From Candidatus Latescibacterota bacterium (GTDB lineage: Bacteria > Latescibacterota > UBA2968 > UBA8231), in the NCBI GenBank assembly GCA_965223905.1, contig CBDCXV010000002.1, forward strand, positions 544,001-608,000: 64,000 nucleotides of DNA, read 5' to 3'. How positions within the stretch are numbered: the stretch's first letter is position 1; the number at the start of each line of letters is the position of its first letter. Under the pieces are notes generated by a model. That model was not told the DNA's origin. It did not search any database and saw nothing but the letters and a program-made list of their open reading frames with translations. Below, piece by piece: positions 39,985 through 50,022 of this stretch. The translations under genes were made by a program, and so were the position numbers.

Positions 39985-41430
39985 GTGCCGTCCCGGACCC
40001 CCTTCCATCCCGACCCGTCCCTGCTGCGCCGCCTCGGCGGCGAGGCGGGCGTGCACCGCCTCATCGACGCCTTCTACGACGCCGTGGCCGGCGACGAGGA
40101 GCTGAGGCCGCTGTTTCACGAGTTCCACCTGCGTCGCGGACGGGAGCGGGTGAAGGCTTTCTTCGTCGAGTGGCTGGGGGGGCCGCCGGGTTACTACCGC
40201 ACCGCCCGCATGGGTATGCGCCGCTTCCACGACCACCTGTTCATATCGCCGCGTCTCTCCGAGCGCTGGCTGGGGCGGTTCGGCGGGGCCCTGCGGGAGG
40301 TGGGGGCCCCGGACGCCGCCGCGGCCGAGGTGATGGCCGCCCTGCGCCGCTTGGCCGACCACGTGGTCAACGACCTGGAAGAGCGCCGGCCCCTGCTGCC
40401 GGGCGGCGGCCTGAGCTGCGTGCGCTCCCGGCTCTTCCGCGAGCCCCTGGCCCGCGTCGCCGCCGGCGACCTGCCGGGCCTGCGCGCCATCCTCGAGGGC
40501 GACCCCCTGCTGCCGCGGGTGAGCGGCCCCGGGGGCCGCACCCTGCTGTGGGAGGCGGCCTGGCGCGGCCGGCTGGAGATCGCCCGGTTTCTCCTCGACC
40601 GCGGCGCCGATCCCTGCGAGCCGGGCCTGGCCGCAACGGCCTCCCGCCTCGACGCCGTCGGCTCCGACCTCATGGTGACCCCCCTGTGCGCGGCCCTGTG
40701 GCGGGGCCGCCGCGAGACCGCGGAGCTGCTGCTTGCCCGCGGCGCCGAGGTGCGCCCCCACAGCCGCGGCCTGCTCGACCGCGCCGCCCGCCTCCAGCGC
40801 GTCGACCTCGTGAGGCTGCTGCTCGATCACGGCGCCGACCCGGCGCGGGTGATCCCCGGCCCCTGGGTCGTCGACCGCGCCATCGCCAGGCTGCTGGCCC
40901 CGAGCGCCGCCAACCTCGGGCACTCGCGCTGGGTGCGCCTCTCCTGCTCCGCCGACATCCGCAGCCGCCGCGGCGCCGCTCCCCTGGCCCGGGCCTTCCT
41001 CGACTTCGGCGCCGACGTCAACGCCCGGCAGGCGGACGGACGCTACCCGCTGCACGCCGCGGCCAAGGCCGGATTCCTCGAGACCATCGAGCTGTTCGTC
41101 CACCGCGGCGCCCATGTCGACGCCCGGGACGCGCAGGGGGAGACCCCCCTTCACTACACCCTCAAGGGGGGCCGGCGCGCCGACGCGATCGCCGCCATGC
41201 AACTGCTGCTGGAGGCCGGCGCCGCCGGCGACTTGGGCGCCACGGTCCTGCACCGGGCCGCGGCCCGGCGCGACGCCGACGCGGTGGCCTTCCTGTTGTT
41301 GGAGGGGGCCGACCCCGACCGGAGGGACCGGCGCGGCCGTAACCCCCAGGACGCGCTGCACGCCGGCCGCGGCACCCCGGACCCCGCCCTCGTTCGGCTG
41401 CTGTCGGAATTCTCCGCCCCGCCCGCCTGA
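39985..41430 (+). CDS. Group II truncated haemoglobin fused to ankyrin repeats
   Basis: LGG...V..L.DAFY, LF, WLGGP..Y, RRFH (proximal His), ERW. Then ankyrin units (RTLLWEAA..G..EI...LL..GAD, TPL, YPLH.AA..G, GETPLH). GTG start 2 nt after the TauD stop. Confidence 0.82.
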   Translation: MPSRTPFHPDPSLLRRLGGEAGVHRLIDAFYDAVAGDEELRPLFHEFHLRRGRERVKAFFVEWLGGPPGYYRTARMGMRRFHDHLFISPRLSERWLGRFGGALREVGAPDAAAAEVMAALRRLADHVVNDLEERRPLLPGGGLSCVRSRLFREPLARVAAGDLPGLRAILEGDPLLPRVSGPGGRTLLWEAAWRGRLEIARFLLDRGADPCEPGLAATASRLDAVGSDLMVTPLCAALWRGRRETAELLLARGAEVRPHSRGLLDRAARLQRVDLVRLLLDHGADPARVIPGPWVVDRAIARLLAPSAANLGHSRWVRLSCSADIRSRRGAAPLARAFLDFGADVNARQADGRYPLHAAAKAGFLETIELFVHRGAHVDARDAQGETPLHYTLKGGRRADAIAAMQLLLEAGAAGDLGATVLHRAAARRDADAVAFLLLEGADPDRRDRRGRNPQDALHAGRGTPDPALVRLLSEFSAPPA

Positions 41431-41672
41431 TCCGCCTCGTGCTCGAAGGCCCCTGCCGGCAGCTCTCCCGCGAATCCAGTCCGGCACCGGCGGGGCGAGC
41501 CTTGCCGTTGCGAAGAGAGTCGCGGAGACCGCCGCCCGCCTGGCAGTTCCGGGTACTTGCGGGCAGCCGCCGATTGGCGATCCTCTCGCCCGGGACCGCA
41601 TGCGGCGGCGTTCAGTTCCTCGGTGAAAGCCTCCCGGACGGCCTGCTTTTCCGATGAGACGGAGGATCCGAA

Positions 41673-43076
41673 ATGGAGAATAAAGCGAACGTCGTTTTCA
41701 TCCTGACGGACGACCAGGGACCCTGGGCCGCCGGTTGCTGCGGCAACGACGAGATACGTACCCCCTTCCTCGACCGGTTGGCCTCGGAGGGGACCCGCTT
41801 CAGCAACTTCTTCTGCACGAGCCCGGTCTGCTCCCCGGCGCGGGCGAGCCTGATGACCGGACGCATCCCCTCGGCGCACGGGGTGCACGACTGGATCCGC
41901 GAGGGCAACATGCCGCCGGATCCCGCTCGCTACCTCGAAGGACTGACCTGCTATACCGATGTCCTGGCCGGCAACGGCTACACCGTCGGGCTCAGCGGCA
42001 AGTGGCACCTCGGGGACAGCATGACGCCGCAGCACGGCTTCAGTCACTGGTTCGCATTGCCCACCGGCGGCAGCCAGTACAACGACGCGGACATGATCCG
42101 GGACGGACAGGTCGAAACGCAGCCCGGGTACCTCACGGACATGATCACAAACGACGCGCTGGAATTCATCTCCGCGAACCGGGAAGGGCCGTTCTGCCTC
42201 AGCGTCAATTACAACGCGCCGCATACCCCGTTCACGGGGCACCCCCGGGAGATCGTCGACTCCTACGACGACTGTCCGTTCAGGACCTGTCCACAGGAGG
42301 CATTGCACCCGTGGGCGGTGCAGGCGGCGGCCGTTCACATGGGCAACCGCGAGTCGTTGAAAGGGTATTTCGCGGCGATAACGGCGCTCGACTTCAACGT
42401 CGGGCGGATCCTCGAACGGCTGGCGCAGCTCGGTATTCGCGACAACACGCTCGTCGTCTTCAGCAGCGACAACGGCTACTCGTGCGGACATCACGGGTTC
42501 TGGCACAAGGGAAACGGCACCTTCCCGCTGAACATGTACGAGAACTCCGTGAAGGTCCCCTTCATCGTCAGCCAGCCCGGCAGGATCCCCGCCGGACGGG
42601 TGAGCGAGGCGATGGTGAGCCAGTACGACTTCATGCCGACCCTGCTCGACTACCTCGGGTTGCCCGATCCGAACGACGACATGTCCCCCGGCAGGAGCTT
42701 TCTCCCGGCGCTTTCCGGAGAGACGAACGACGCCAAGGAGGAGATCGTCGTCTTCGACGAGTACGGTCCCGTGCGCATGATCCGCACGCAGGAGTGGAAA
42801 TACGTCCACCGGTATCCGTACGGTCCGCACGAGCTCTACGACCTGGTGCACGACCCGGGGGAACGAAGAAACCTGGTGGACGACAAGTCCCGGAAGGCGC
42901 TGATATCCGACATGCGCCAACAGATGAGCGCTTGGTTCAACCGCTACGTCATGCCGGGACTGGATGGCGCGGGATTCCCGGTTACCGGCGGCGGGCAGGC
43001 AGCGAAGATCGGGGAGGGGCAATGCGGCGAAGGTGCGTTCTTTCCCAGGTACGATGCCCCGCGGCGGGATGTTTGA
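41673..43076 (+). CDS. Formylglycine-dependent sulfatase
   Basis: NVVFILTDDQ, CSPARAS..TG (CxPxR), GKWHLG, PH.P, SDNG, GKG-like HKG, ELYDL..DP.E. Confidence 0.95.
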   Translation: MENKANVVFILTDDQGPWAAGCCGNDEIRTPFLDRLASEGTRFSNFFCTSPVCSPARASLMTGRIPSAHGVHDWIREGNMPPDPARYLEGLTCYTDVLAGNGYTVGLSGKWHLGDSMTPQHGFSHWFALPTGGSQYNDADMIRDGQVETQPGYLTDMITNDALEFISANREGPFCLSVNYNAPHTPFTGHPREIVDSYDDCPFRTCPQEALHPWAVQAAAVHMGNRESLKGYFAAITALDFNVGRILERLAQLGIRDNTLVVFSSDNGYSCGHHGFWHKGNGTFPLNMYENSVKVPFIVSQPGRIPAGRVSEAMVSQYDFMPTLLDYLGLPDPNDDMSPGRSFLPALSGETNDAKEEIVVFDEYGPVRMIRTQEWKYVHRYPYGPHELYDLVHDPGERRNLVDDKSRKALISDMRQQMSAWFNRYVMPGLDGAGFPVTGGGQAAKIGEGQCGEGAFFPRYDAPRRDV

Positions 43077-43174
43077 TTCAGCCGTTGGAACAGTCCATCC
43101 GGGCTGCGGCCGGGCCTTGCGGCCGCGAACCCTTTGGGGGGAGGCCGCCCCGGACGAGTTGCCAGACGGCGACC

Positions 43175-44740
43175 CTACCGAAGCAGCGTCATGAATTGAG
43201 CCAGGGACTTCTCGGCCAGCCGCAACCGGGCCAGGTACACCCCGCTGGCCACCTCCCGGCCACGATCGTCGCGGCCGTCCCAGGAGACGGCGAAAACCCC
43301 CTCGGGATAGACGCCCTCCGCCAGCGTCGTCACCCGTTGACCGGTGAGGTTGTGGACGCGCAGCGACACCGGCTGACGGCGGTCCAGCTCGAAGCCGATG
43401 GTGGTGCGCGCATTGAACGGGTTGGGATAGCTGTCGAACAGACGAGATTGACCCGGAGCCCCGGAGCTGCCGGGCTCATCCTCTACCGAGGTCGGCCCCT
43501 GGGGCAGGCGCCAGCGGCCCAGCCGCCTACCGGCTGTCCACAGCACCTCCCCGTCGTAGTACAGCTTCTGAGCTGCCTGATCGACCGGGCTGCCGAAGAC
43601 ATCCGGATTCGAGCCGATGGGCGTGCGGTAGAATTGGCCGGACTCGAACACGCCGATCCAATCTCCATCTCCCTCAATCCAGATACGACCGGCGCGCTCT
43701 GCGGCCATCGAGCGTCCCATCCGGGTCCCTCCTCCTCCCGTCAAGACATACTCGTACGACATCCACCCGCTGGCAGTCTTGTATGCCAGGAGATATGAAC
43801 TGGAAATCCACAGCGTGCCACCCGGATCGACCACCATTCCCACTGTGCGTTCCGCGTGGCTTTTCAGCGAGATCTCGTACCCGCGCCACTCGCGGCCGTC
43901 ATACGAAACCAGGGCGTAAGCGACAAACCAATCCGGAGTATCGACTAAATCGGGATTGGGAAAATCATAGACGGGGTGGCCCCACACCGTGCCGGTGCTG
44001 TCCACCGCCATCGCGTCGATCCACGAAAAGCTGGGCAACCCGTCGGTACCCGAGAACAGCCGCCACTCTCGCCCGTCGAAGCGCAGGAACAGGGCCGGAT
44101 TCGCCTCCCTTCCGACTACACTGTACCCCCCCATCCACACCGTGTCTCCACTCCCCGCCGCGAAGGTGGACAAACTCCCGACTCCGAGATCCCGGAAGCC
44201 GCTGTACTCCGTCAGCGTATTACCCGATATGCGGTACACGTCGCTGCGATTCCCTATCACCCAGATTTTGCCCTGCGCGTCCCGGCCGAGCTCCTGGGCA
44301 CCATAAGTCGAAGAGACGCGCTGCCAAGAAGTGCTGTCGGAGAATACATACAGCCCATGTGGCTCCCTGGCCGTCGCCCATATCCGTCCCAGGGAGTCCT
44401 TGGTGACGTGGCGGAAATTTTGGGGATACCCACTGGGTTCGGTGACCAGATCCGATACCGTGACCGTCGGGGTGATGACGGTTCCGGAACCGGTTCCGAT
44501 CCGTCGGCCGGAGTCCGTGACCGACCGCCCCGGCCCTATGTCAACGGTATCAAGCTCGGAGACCTTGCGCGTCTCGAAGGTCAGGGACGCGGTGCCGTCC
44601 GGCGAGCGCGGACCGGAGGGGTCTTCCACCAGCACCTCCAGGGTTCCCGAATTGTTTTGGGCGGCTGCCTTGAGCGGTGCCCCCAGTAGCAGCGTCAGGC
44701 CGATGCTTGGGATCACCGAGAGTCGTCGCAGTCGTCGCAT
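43175..44740 (-). CDS. Secreted beta-propeller (Reg_prop-like) protein with FlgD-Ig CTD
   Basis: Signal peptide. Repeats D..G.IW and FDG..W. Tail PTSVE...SYPNPFN...VASGVYLARL. Confidence 0.8.
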   Translation of the reverse strand: MRRLRRLSVIPSIGLTLLLGAPLKAAAQNNSGTLEVLVEDPSGPRSPDGTASLTFETRKVSELDTVDIGPGRSVTDSGRRIGTGSGTVITPTVTVSDLVTEPSGYPQNFRHVTKDSLGRIWATAREPHGLYVFSDSTSWQRVSSTYGAQELGRDAQGKIWVIGNRSDVYRISGNTLTEYSGFRDLGVGSLSTFAAGSGDTVWMGGYSVVGREANPALFLRFDGREWRLFSGTDGLPSFSWIDAMAVDSTGTVWGHPVYDFPNPDLVDTPDWFVAYALVSYDGREWRGYEISLKSHAERTVGMVVDPGGTLWISSSYLLAYKTASGWMSYEYVLTGGGGTRMGRSMAAERAGRIWIEGDGDWIGVFESGQFYRTPIGSNPDVFGSPVDQAAQKLYYDGEVLWTAGRRLGRWRLPQGPTSVEDEPGSSGAPGQSRLFDSYPNPFNARTTIGFELDRRQPVSLRVHNLTGQRVTTLAEGVYPEGVFAVSWDGRDDRGREVASGVYLARLRLAEKSLAQFMTLLR

Positions 44741-45165
44741 ATCGATCTCCTTTTTTCAGAAGGCTTCTGGCCTTATACCCGGCGTGCTGACCAGCAGGTT
44801 GTTCAGGTTGGCGGCATCGGTTGTCCTGAAGAACCGATCCTAATTTGGACTCCTCTTAACCGCCCCCCGCCCGACCAGCCGGCCGGCTGGTACACACCGA
44901 TGACGAACCGGCCGATGGGGGACCCCAGGCCTGTGGACCCCATTCTTTGGACAGCCGAACAGAAGGGATATTTTGGACTCATTGGGTGACCAGAAACTAC
45001 ATGCCGATGCAAACAAACTGATGGTTAAAGGGAATTTCTCCTCCACCCGCCCAATAGTAGGAGGAGCGCGAGAGGGCGACGGCGAACAATCGGGAGGCCG
45101 GGATGATCCGGATCGATCATCGCCACCCTACGGTCGCGGCTCAACGACCGAAGGGGCATGACAAA

Positions 45166-45253
45166 TCGGATTCAGGTAACGCTTGGCAGCGAGTTCGGCC
45201 AATCCTCTGATCGCCGACCGGGCCTCCAAGGCGACTTTGGCCTTGATCTTCGG
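45166..45253 (-). mobile_element. Degenerate IS3-family OrfA remnant
   Basis: PKIKAKVALEA..AIRGLAELAAK resembles the IS3 OrfA HTH (FKAKVALEA...T.AELA). Confidence 0.5.
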
Positions 45254-45298
45254 ATAAGTGGCCGGCCTTACCGGCGGGCGGCCAAGGGATAACCCACA

Positions 45299-45466
45299 AT
45301 GAAGATCCTCGTCCCGGGCGGCAGCGGCACGATCGGCGGTTACGTGCTGAGAGAGTTGATAGGGGCGGGCCATGCCGTGTCCTGCTTCAGCCGCACCGCG
45401 CCGCGGGTGGACGGGGCACAGTTCGTGCAGGGGGACATAACCGACCCTGACCAGCGTCCGACCTGA
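45299..45466 (+). pseudogene. N-terminal remnant of an NAD-dependent epimerase/dehydratase
   Basis: MKILV.GGSG.IG......L...GH.V....R......GDITD, then a stop after 55 aa. Confidence 0.75.
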
Positions 45467-45637
45467 GCGAACGGCGATTTCGGGCCCCGGCGCTCCCCCT
45501 CGACGAGGAACATCCCGCATGCGGACGATCTGCCGAGCCTCGTCCTCGGCGGCAACCTTGCCCGCATGTTGGAAACCGGCAGGCGGTGCCAGGTTCGACC
45601 CGGTAAACGGCGGAAATCAAAAAAACAGGAAAGCCTG

Positions 45638-47083
45638 ATGACGGCTGAACGCCCGAATATCGTGCTGATCATGTGCGATCAGATGCGCTGGGACGCGGCC
45701 GGGTTCGCCGGCAGCCCCACGGTCCGGACCCCCAACCTCGACCGGCTGGCCGCGAGCGGCGTCTGCTTCGAGAACGCCTACTGCGCCTCTCCGGTCTGTT
45801 CTCCCGCGCGGGCGAGTTGGTTGACCGGCCTCTATTCGCACGCCCACCTGCAGCTGCGGAACTACGGCCCCGGCAGGAAGGGGGAGTTCGGTGCCTCCCT
45901 GCCGGAGGACTGCATTACCATTGGCGATGTGCTCAAGGAGGCGGGATACCGCTGCGGCATCGTCGGACCGTGGCACCTGGGGGACGATCACCGCCCGCAG
46001 CACGGCTTCACCGACTTCTGGTGTACCTATCGCTACCTGGGCGAGCACCCGGATCCGCTGTTCGGCTATTTCGAACGGGAAGGGGTGCCCAACCTGTATC
46101 TCTCAGACGCGCCGGGTATGACTCTGTACGAGAACACCCTCGAGTTCGGCACCATCGAGGACCCCCGGCAGCAGCGCACGACCTGGACCGTCGACCGGTC
46201 TCTCGAGTTCATCGGGCAGAAAGGGGATGCCCCGTTCTTCCTGTTTGCGAGCGTAAAGGATCCGCATCCCCGAATCCTGGTACCGCCCGAGCTGCTGGTG
46301 AGCTACCCCGAAGAACGGATGCCGCTGTCCGCATCCCTGCGGGATCCGCTCGAGGGCAAGCCGGGCTTTCAGGCGCGGGGGAAGTTCCGCATTCACCCCT
46401 CGGTAACCGACGCGGAATTCCGCCGCATGACGGCCTTCTACTTCGCCCTCGTCACCCACATCGACACCCAGGTCGGGCGCCTCCTCCAAGCTCTCGAGGA
46501 ACGGGATCTTTTGAGCAATACAATCGTCACCTTCATAAGCGACCACGGTGAACTGCTGGGCGATCATGGCTACGTCGAGAAATGCCTGATGTATGAAGCG
46601 TCGGTTCGGGTTCCCTGCCTGATCTCATGGCCCCGGCAGTTGCCTGCCGGGTTCCGGGTTGCGGCGCCGCTGGCCGGGGTCGACCTGATGCCGACGTTGC
46701 TCGACCTCGCACATGAAACCCCGCCGGCCCCGGTCGACGGACGTTCCGTGGCCGAGGCCATCCTGAACCGGCGGGAGCCCGACCGCCAGCCCGTCTTCGC
46801 CGAGATCGCCAGCCTCGACGCGATTTACCACAACGCCCAAGACCCGGAGCAGCTCGCCGCCCACGCGATGGTCCGCGACGGCAACTGGAAGTATGTCCGC
46901 AACCGCTTCGATATCGACGAACTCTACGACCTCGACGCCGACCCGGGCGAGATGAACAACCTCGCCGGCGATGCCGATTGCGCTAACCGGATCGCTTCGA
47001 TGCGGGGGCAGATCGCCGGGATGATCCGCCGCACCGGGCCCGGCCCGTACGAATGGTGTTTACACGAAAGGGAGAAGGAGTGA
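45638..47083 (+). CDS. Formylglycine-dependent sulfatase
   Basis: RPNIVLIM.DQ, CSPARAS.LTG, G.WHLG, DPH, SDHG..LGDHG, ELYDL..DP.E. Confidence 0.95.
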   Translation: MTAERPNIVLIMCDQMRWDAAGFAGSPTVRTPNLDRLAASGVCFENAYCASPVCSPARASWLTGLYSHAHLQLRNYGPGRKGEFGASLPEDCITIGDVLKEAGYRCGIVGPWHLGDDHRPQHGFTDFWCTYRYLGEHPDPLFGYFEREGVPNLYLSDAPGMTLYENTLEFGTIEDPRQQRTTWTVDRSLEFIGQKGDAPFFLFASVKDPHPRILVPPELLVSYPEERMPLSASLRDPLEGKPGFQARGKFRIHPSVTDAEFRRMTAFYFALVTHIDTQVGRLLQALEERDLLSNTIVTFISDHGELLGDHGYVEKCLMYEASVRVPCLISWPRQLPAGFRVAAPLAGVDLMPTLLDLAHETPPAPVDGRSVAEAILNRREPDRQPVFAEIASLDAIYHNAQDPEQLAAHAMVRDGNWKYVRNRFDIDELYDLDADPGEMNNLAGDADCANRIASMRGQIAGMIRRTGPGPYEWCLHEREKE

Positions 47084-47290
47084 TCAGGTGAGGGCCAATA
47101 CCTTGATAACCGTTTCCGCCGGGGCGGAGTCTGTTCCGGGGCTGCAGGAGGCCTTGGGTCGGATGGACGTCGAGTAGAATGATCTCCCCGGCTGTCCGGC
47201 AAAGGACCACCACAGGGCGGACAGGGCAGGGAGTCCCGCGTTTCAGACTTTTTAAAAACCGGGCTTGCATAACTCCAGGAGGGACAGGGA

Positions 47291-48268
47291 ATGCATACTC
47301 ACAACCTTCATGTCTGGCGCCACAGCCATACCTTCGGACAGGACCTGAAACGCCCGGGGGAGCGCAGGACGCTGATCGTCATTGCCGTCACCGGCACGAT
47401 GATGGCTGTCGAGATCGTCGCCGGAGTCCTTACGGGATCCATGGCCTTGCTGGCCGACGGCCTGCACATGGGGTCGCATGCCGCGGCCCTGGGGATCGCC
47501 GCGCTGGCCTACATCTATGCCCGGCGCCACGCCCACGACGAGGATTTCACCTTGGGCACAGGCAAGGTCAACGCCCTGGGAGGGTTCACGGGCGCGGTCC
47601 TGCTGGCCCTGTTCGCGCTGCTGATGGCGTGGGAGAGCTGCGACCGTCTCCTGAACCCGGTGGACATCATCGTCGATCAAGCCCTGCTCGTGGCCGTTCT
47701 CGGGTTGCTCGTGAACGGAGCCAGCGTCTTCATCCTGCGGGTGGACGACCACCAGGGGGTGGGCGCCCACCAGGGTCATCACGATCACGACTCCGGTCAC
47801 GCGCATCACCACGATCACAACCTGAAGTCGGCCTACCTGCACGTGCTGGCGGACGCGCTCACCTCGCTTCTGGCGATCGTCGCCCTGCTTTCCGCCAAGT
47901 ATTTCGGGTTTGCGTGGATGGACCCGGCGGTGGGGATCGTCGGCGCCGTCCTCGTGGCCAGCTGGTCCATCGGCCTGCTGCGGACCACCAGCGGAACCCT
48001 CCTCGACAGGCAGGGTCCGGAATCGATCCGCGACAGGATCACCGACAGCATCGAGCAGGACGGCGACAGCAAGGTCACCGACCTCCATCTGTGGTCCATC
48101 GGTCCGGATATCTATTCGGCGCTGATCGCCGTCGTGGCTCACCGTCCCGCCATGCCGGGGCAGTACAAGGAGCGCATTCCCGGGAACCTCGGCCTCGTGC
48201 ACGTAGCGGTCGAGGTTCATACCTGCCCGGGAGGCGCGTCGGATATAGGAAGGGGATTCCGCGGATGA
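47291..48268 (+). CDS. dmeF: CDF family metal efflux transporter (DmeF-like, Co/Ni)
   Basis: HSH.FG...GERRT, GSMALLADGLHM.SH, His-rich loop, NL.SAYLHVLADALTS, WMDP, DLHLW. Confidence 0.88.
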   Translation: MHTHNLHVWRHSHTFGQDLKRPGERRTLIVIAVTGTMMAVEIVAGVLTGSMALLADGLHMGSHAAALGIAALAYIYARRHAHDEDFTLGTGKVNALGGFTGAVLLALFALLMAWESCDRLLNPVDIIVDQALLVAVLGLLVNGASVFILRVDDHQGVGAHQGHHDHDSGHAHHHDHNLKSAYLHVLADALTSLLAIVALLSAKYFGFAWMDPAVGIVGAVLVASWSIGLLRTTSGTLLDRQGPESIRDRITDSIEQDGDSKVTDLHLWSIGPDIYSALIAVVAHRPAMPGQYKERIPGNLGLVHVAVEVHTCPGGASDIGRGFRG

Positions 48269-48324
48269 CCGGACGGGAATTGGAGCCGCAGGGCTAGTCG
48301 CCGGGCGAGCGTTTCGCGCAACGG

Positions 48325-49959
48325 ATGGCCCGTTTGCTGCAGCCGGAAGGCATGAAGACGGAGAGCTACCAGTGCGGGATCGAGCCGGTGGACGGGAACC
48401 AGGCCTGGGAGCTCTTCTGCGCCAGCGGCGCCGGAGATCTGGAGCGGGTCCGCGCCTTGCTCGACAGCGACCCCCGGTTGGTCAACGCCCAGTACTGGTA
48501 CCAGTTTCCCATCCACATGGCGGTGCGCGAGAACCATGCCGAGGTGGTCGAGCTGCTGCTGCGGGCCGGGGCGGATCCGGGGCAGTCGCGCTATACCTAC
48601 AACTCGTGGGACAAGCTGCTGGCCATCGCCGAGGAGCGCGGCTACAGGGAGGTGCAGGCGCTGCTGGCGTCGGCGATGCGCGGGCGCTTCGGCTACGATC
48701 CGGGGTTTACAGCGATGGCCGAGGCGATCAAGGGCCGCGACCGCGCCCGGGTCGAAGCGGTGCTGGCCGGGCATCCAGGTTTCATTCGCGCCGCCGACGC
48801 GCTGGGCAACGGGCCGCTGCATTGGGCGGCGCTGACGCGGCAGAACGACCTGGTGGATCTCTTTGTCGCCCGGGGCACCGACCTGGAAGCCCGCCGCGCC
48901 GACGGCCAGACTCCGTTGCTGGTCTCGCTGAACGGCGACTACTGGTACCGGACGCGCAACCTGCCGGCTGAAGCGCCGCAAGACTCGTGGACGGTCACCC
49001 GCCACCTGCTCGCATGCGGCGCCGAGTACGCTCTCAGCATCGCCTGCGCTGCCGGCGACGAAGACCGCGTCGATGCGGTGCTGGCGGCCGATCCCGCCCA
49101 GGCCCGCGACCTCGATGACGGAAGGCGAAGTCCGCTCTCCTACGCCGCCCGCAACGGCCATACCCGGATCGTCGAAAAACTGCTTGACCTGGGGGCCGAT
49201 CCCAACCGGCCAGAGGAACTGGCGCCGCGCGGCGGGGCACTGTTCGGCGCTTCCGCGGGAAACCACCTGAAGACGGGGAAACTGCTGCTCGAACGCGGCG
49301 CCGATCCCAACGCCGGAGTGGACTCTTCCGGCACCTGCCTGACCATCGTCGAGTACAACCACGGAGAGAAGGGCGGTCCGATGCAGGCCCTGCTGCGCGA
49401 GCACGGAGCGGTGACGCCCCCCTATGCCATGGACGACGCGGCGCTGGAACGGGCCATGCGCGCAGGGGAGGAGGGGGTTTCGGACCCGCAACTGCTGCAC
49501 GAGGTGATGGGACGGGACAATCCCGCGCTCATCGGCCTCTTCCTCGACACCACGCCAAATGCGGGAGAGCTGTTCCAACTGACCGACATCTGGGGCGGCA
49601 ACTACCCGTCCGACCCCGGTACGATCCGCGCCCTGGCCGATCGCGGCGTCGACATGCGGCGCGCCAACTGGATCGGCCGCACCTTCCTGCACGGCTGCGC
49701 GGAAAAGGGGGACGTCGCCGCGGCCCGGGTCTTTCTGGAGCTGGGAGCCGATATCGAGGCGGTCGAGCTCGAATACGGGGGCACGCCCCTGGCCGCTGCC
49801 GCGCGCAAGGGGCAGGCGGAGATGGTGCGGTTTCTTTTGAACCAGGGCGCCGATCCGACGGCCCCGGCGCAGTCGCCCTGGGCGCAGCCGCTCCATTGGG
49901 CGGAGAAGGAGGGGCACGGGGAAGTGGCGGCGCTGCTCAGGGAGCGGCTGAGCGGGTAA
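48325..49959 (+). CDS. Ankyrin-repeat protein
   Basis: Many units of the type G..PLH.AA..G......LL..GAD.N. Confidence 0.92.
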   Translation: MARLLQPEGMKTESYQCGIEPVDGNQAWELFCASGAGDLERVRALLDSDPRLVNAQYWYQFPIHMAVRENHAEVVELLLRAGADPGQSRYTYNSWDKLLAIAEERGYREVQALLASAMRGRFGYDPGFTAMAEAIKGRDRARVEAVLAGHPGFIRAADALGNGPLHWAALTRQNDLVDLFVARGTDLEARRADGQTPLLVSLNGDYWYRTRNLPAEAPQDSWTVTRHLLACGAEYALSIACAAGDEDRVDAVLAADPAQARDLDDGRRSPLSYAARNGHTRIVEKLLDLGADPNRPEELAPRGGALFGASAGNHLKTGKLLLERGADPNAGVDSSGTCLTIVEYNHGEKGGPMQALLREHGAVTPPYAMDDAALERAMRAGEEGVSDPQLLHEVMGRDNPALIGLFLDTTPNAGELFQLTDIWGGNYPSDPGTIRALADRGVDMRRANWIGRTFLHGCAEKGDVAAARVFLELGADIEAVELEYGGTPLAAAARKGQAEMVRFLLNQGADPTAPAQSPWAQPLHWAEKEGHGEVAALLRERLSG

Positions 49960-50022
49960 GGTACTGGCGCTAGGCCGGCACTGGGCTTAGTCCTGTTGCA
50001 ACCACCTGAAAGGAGCAAACCC

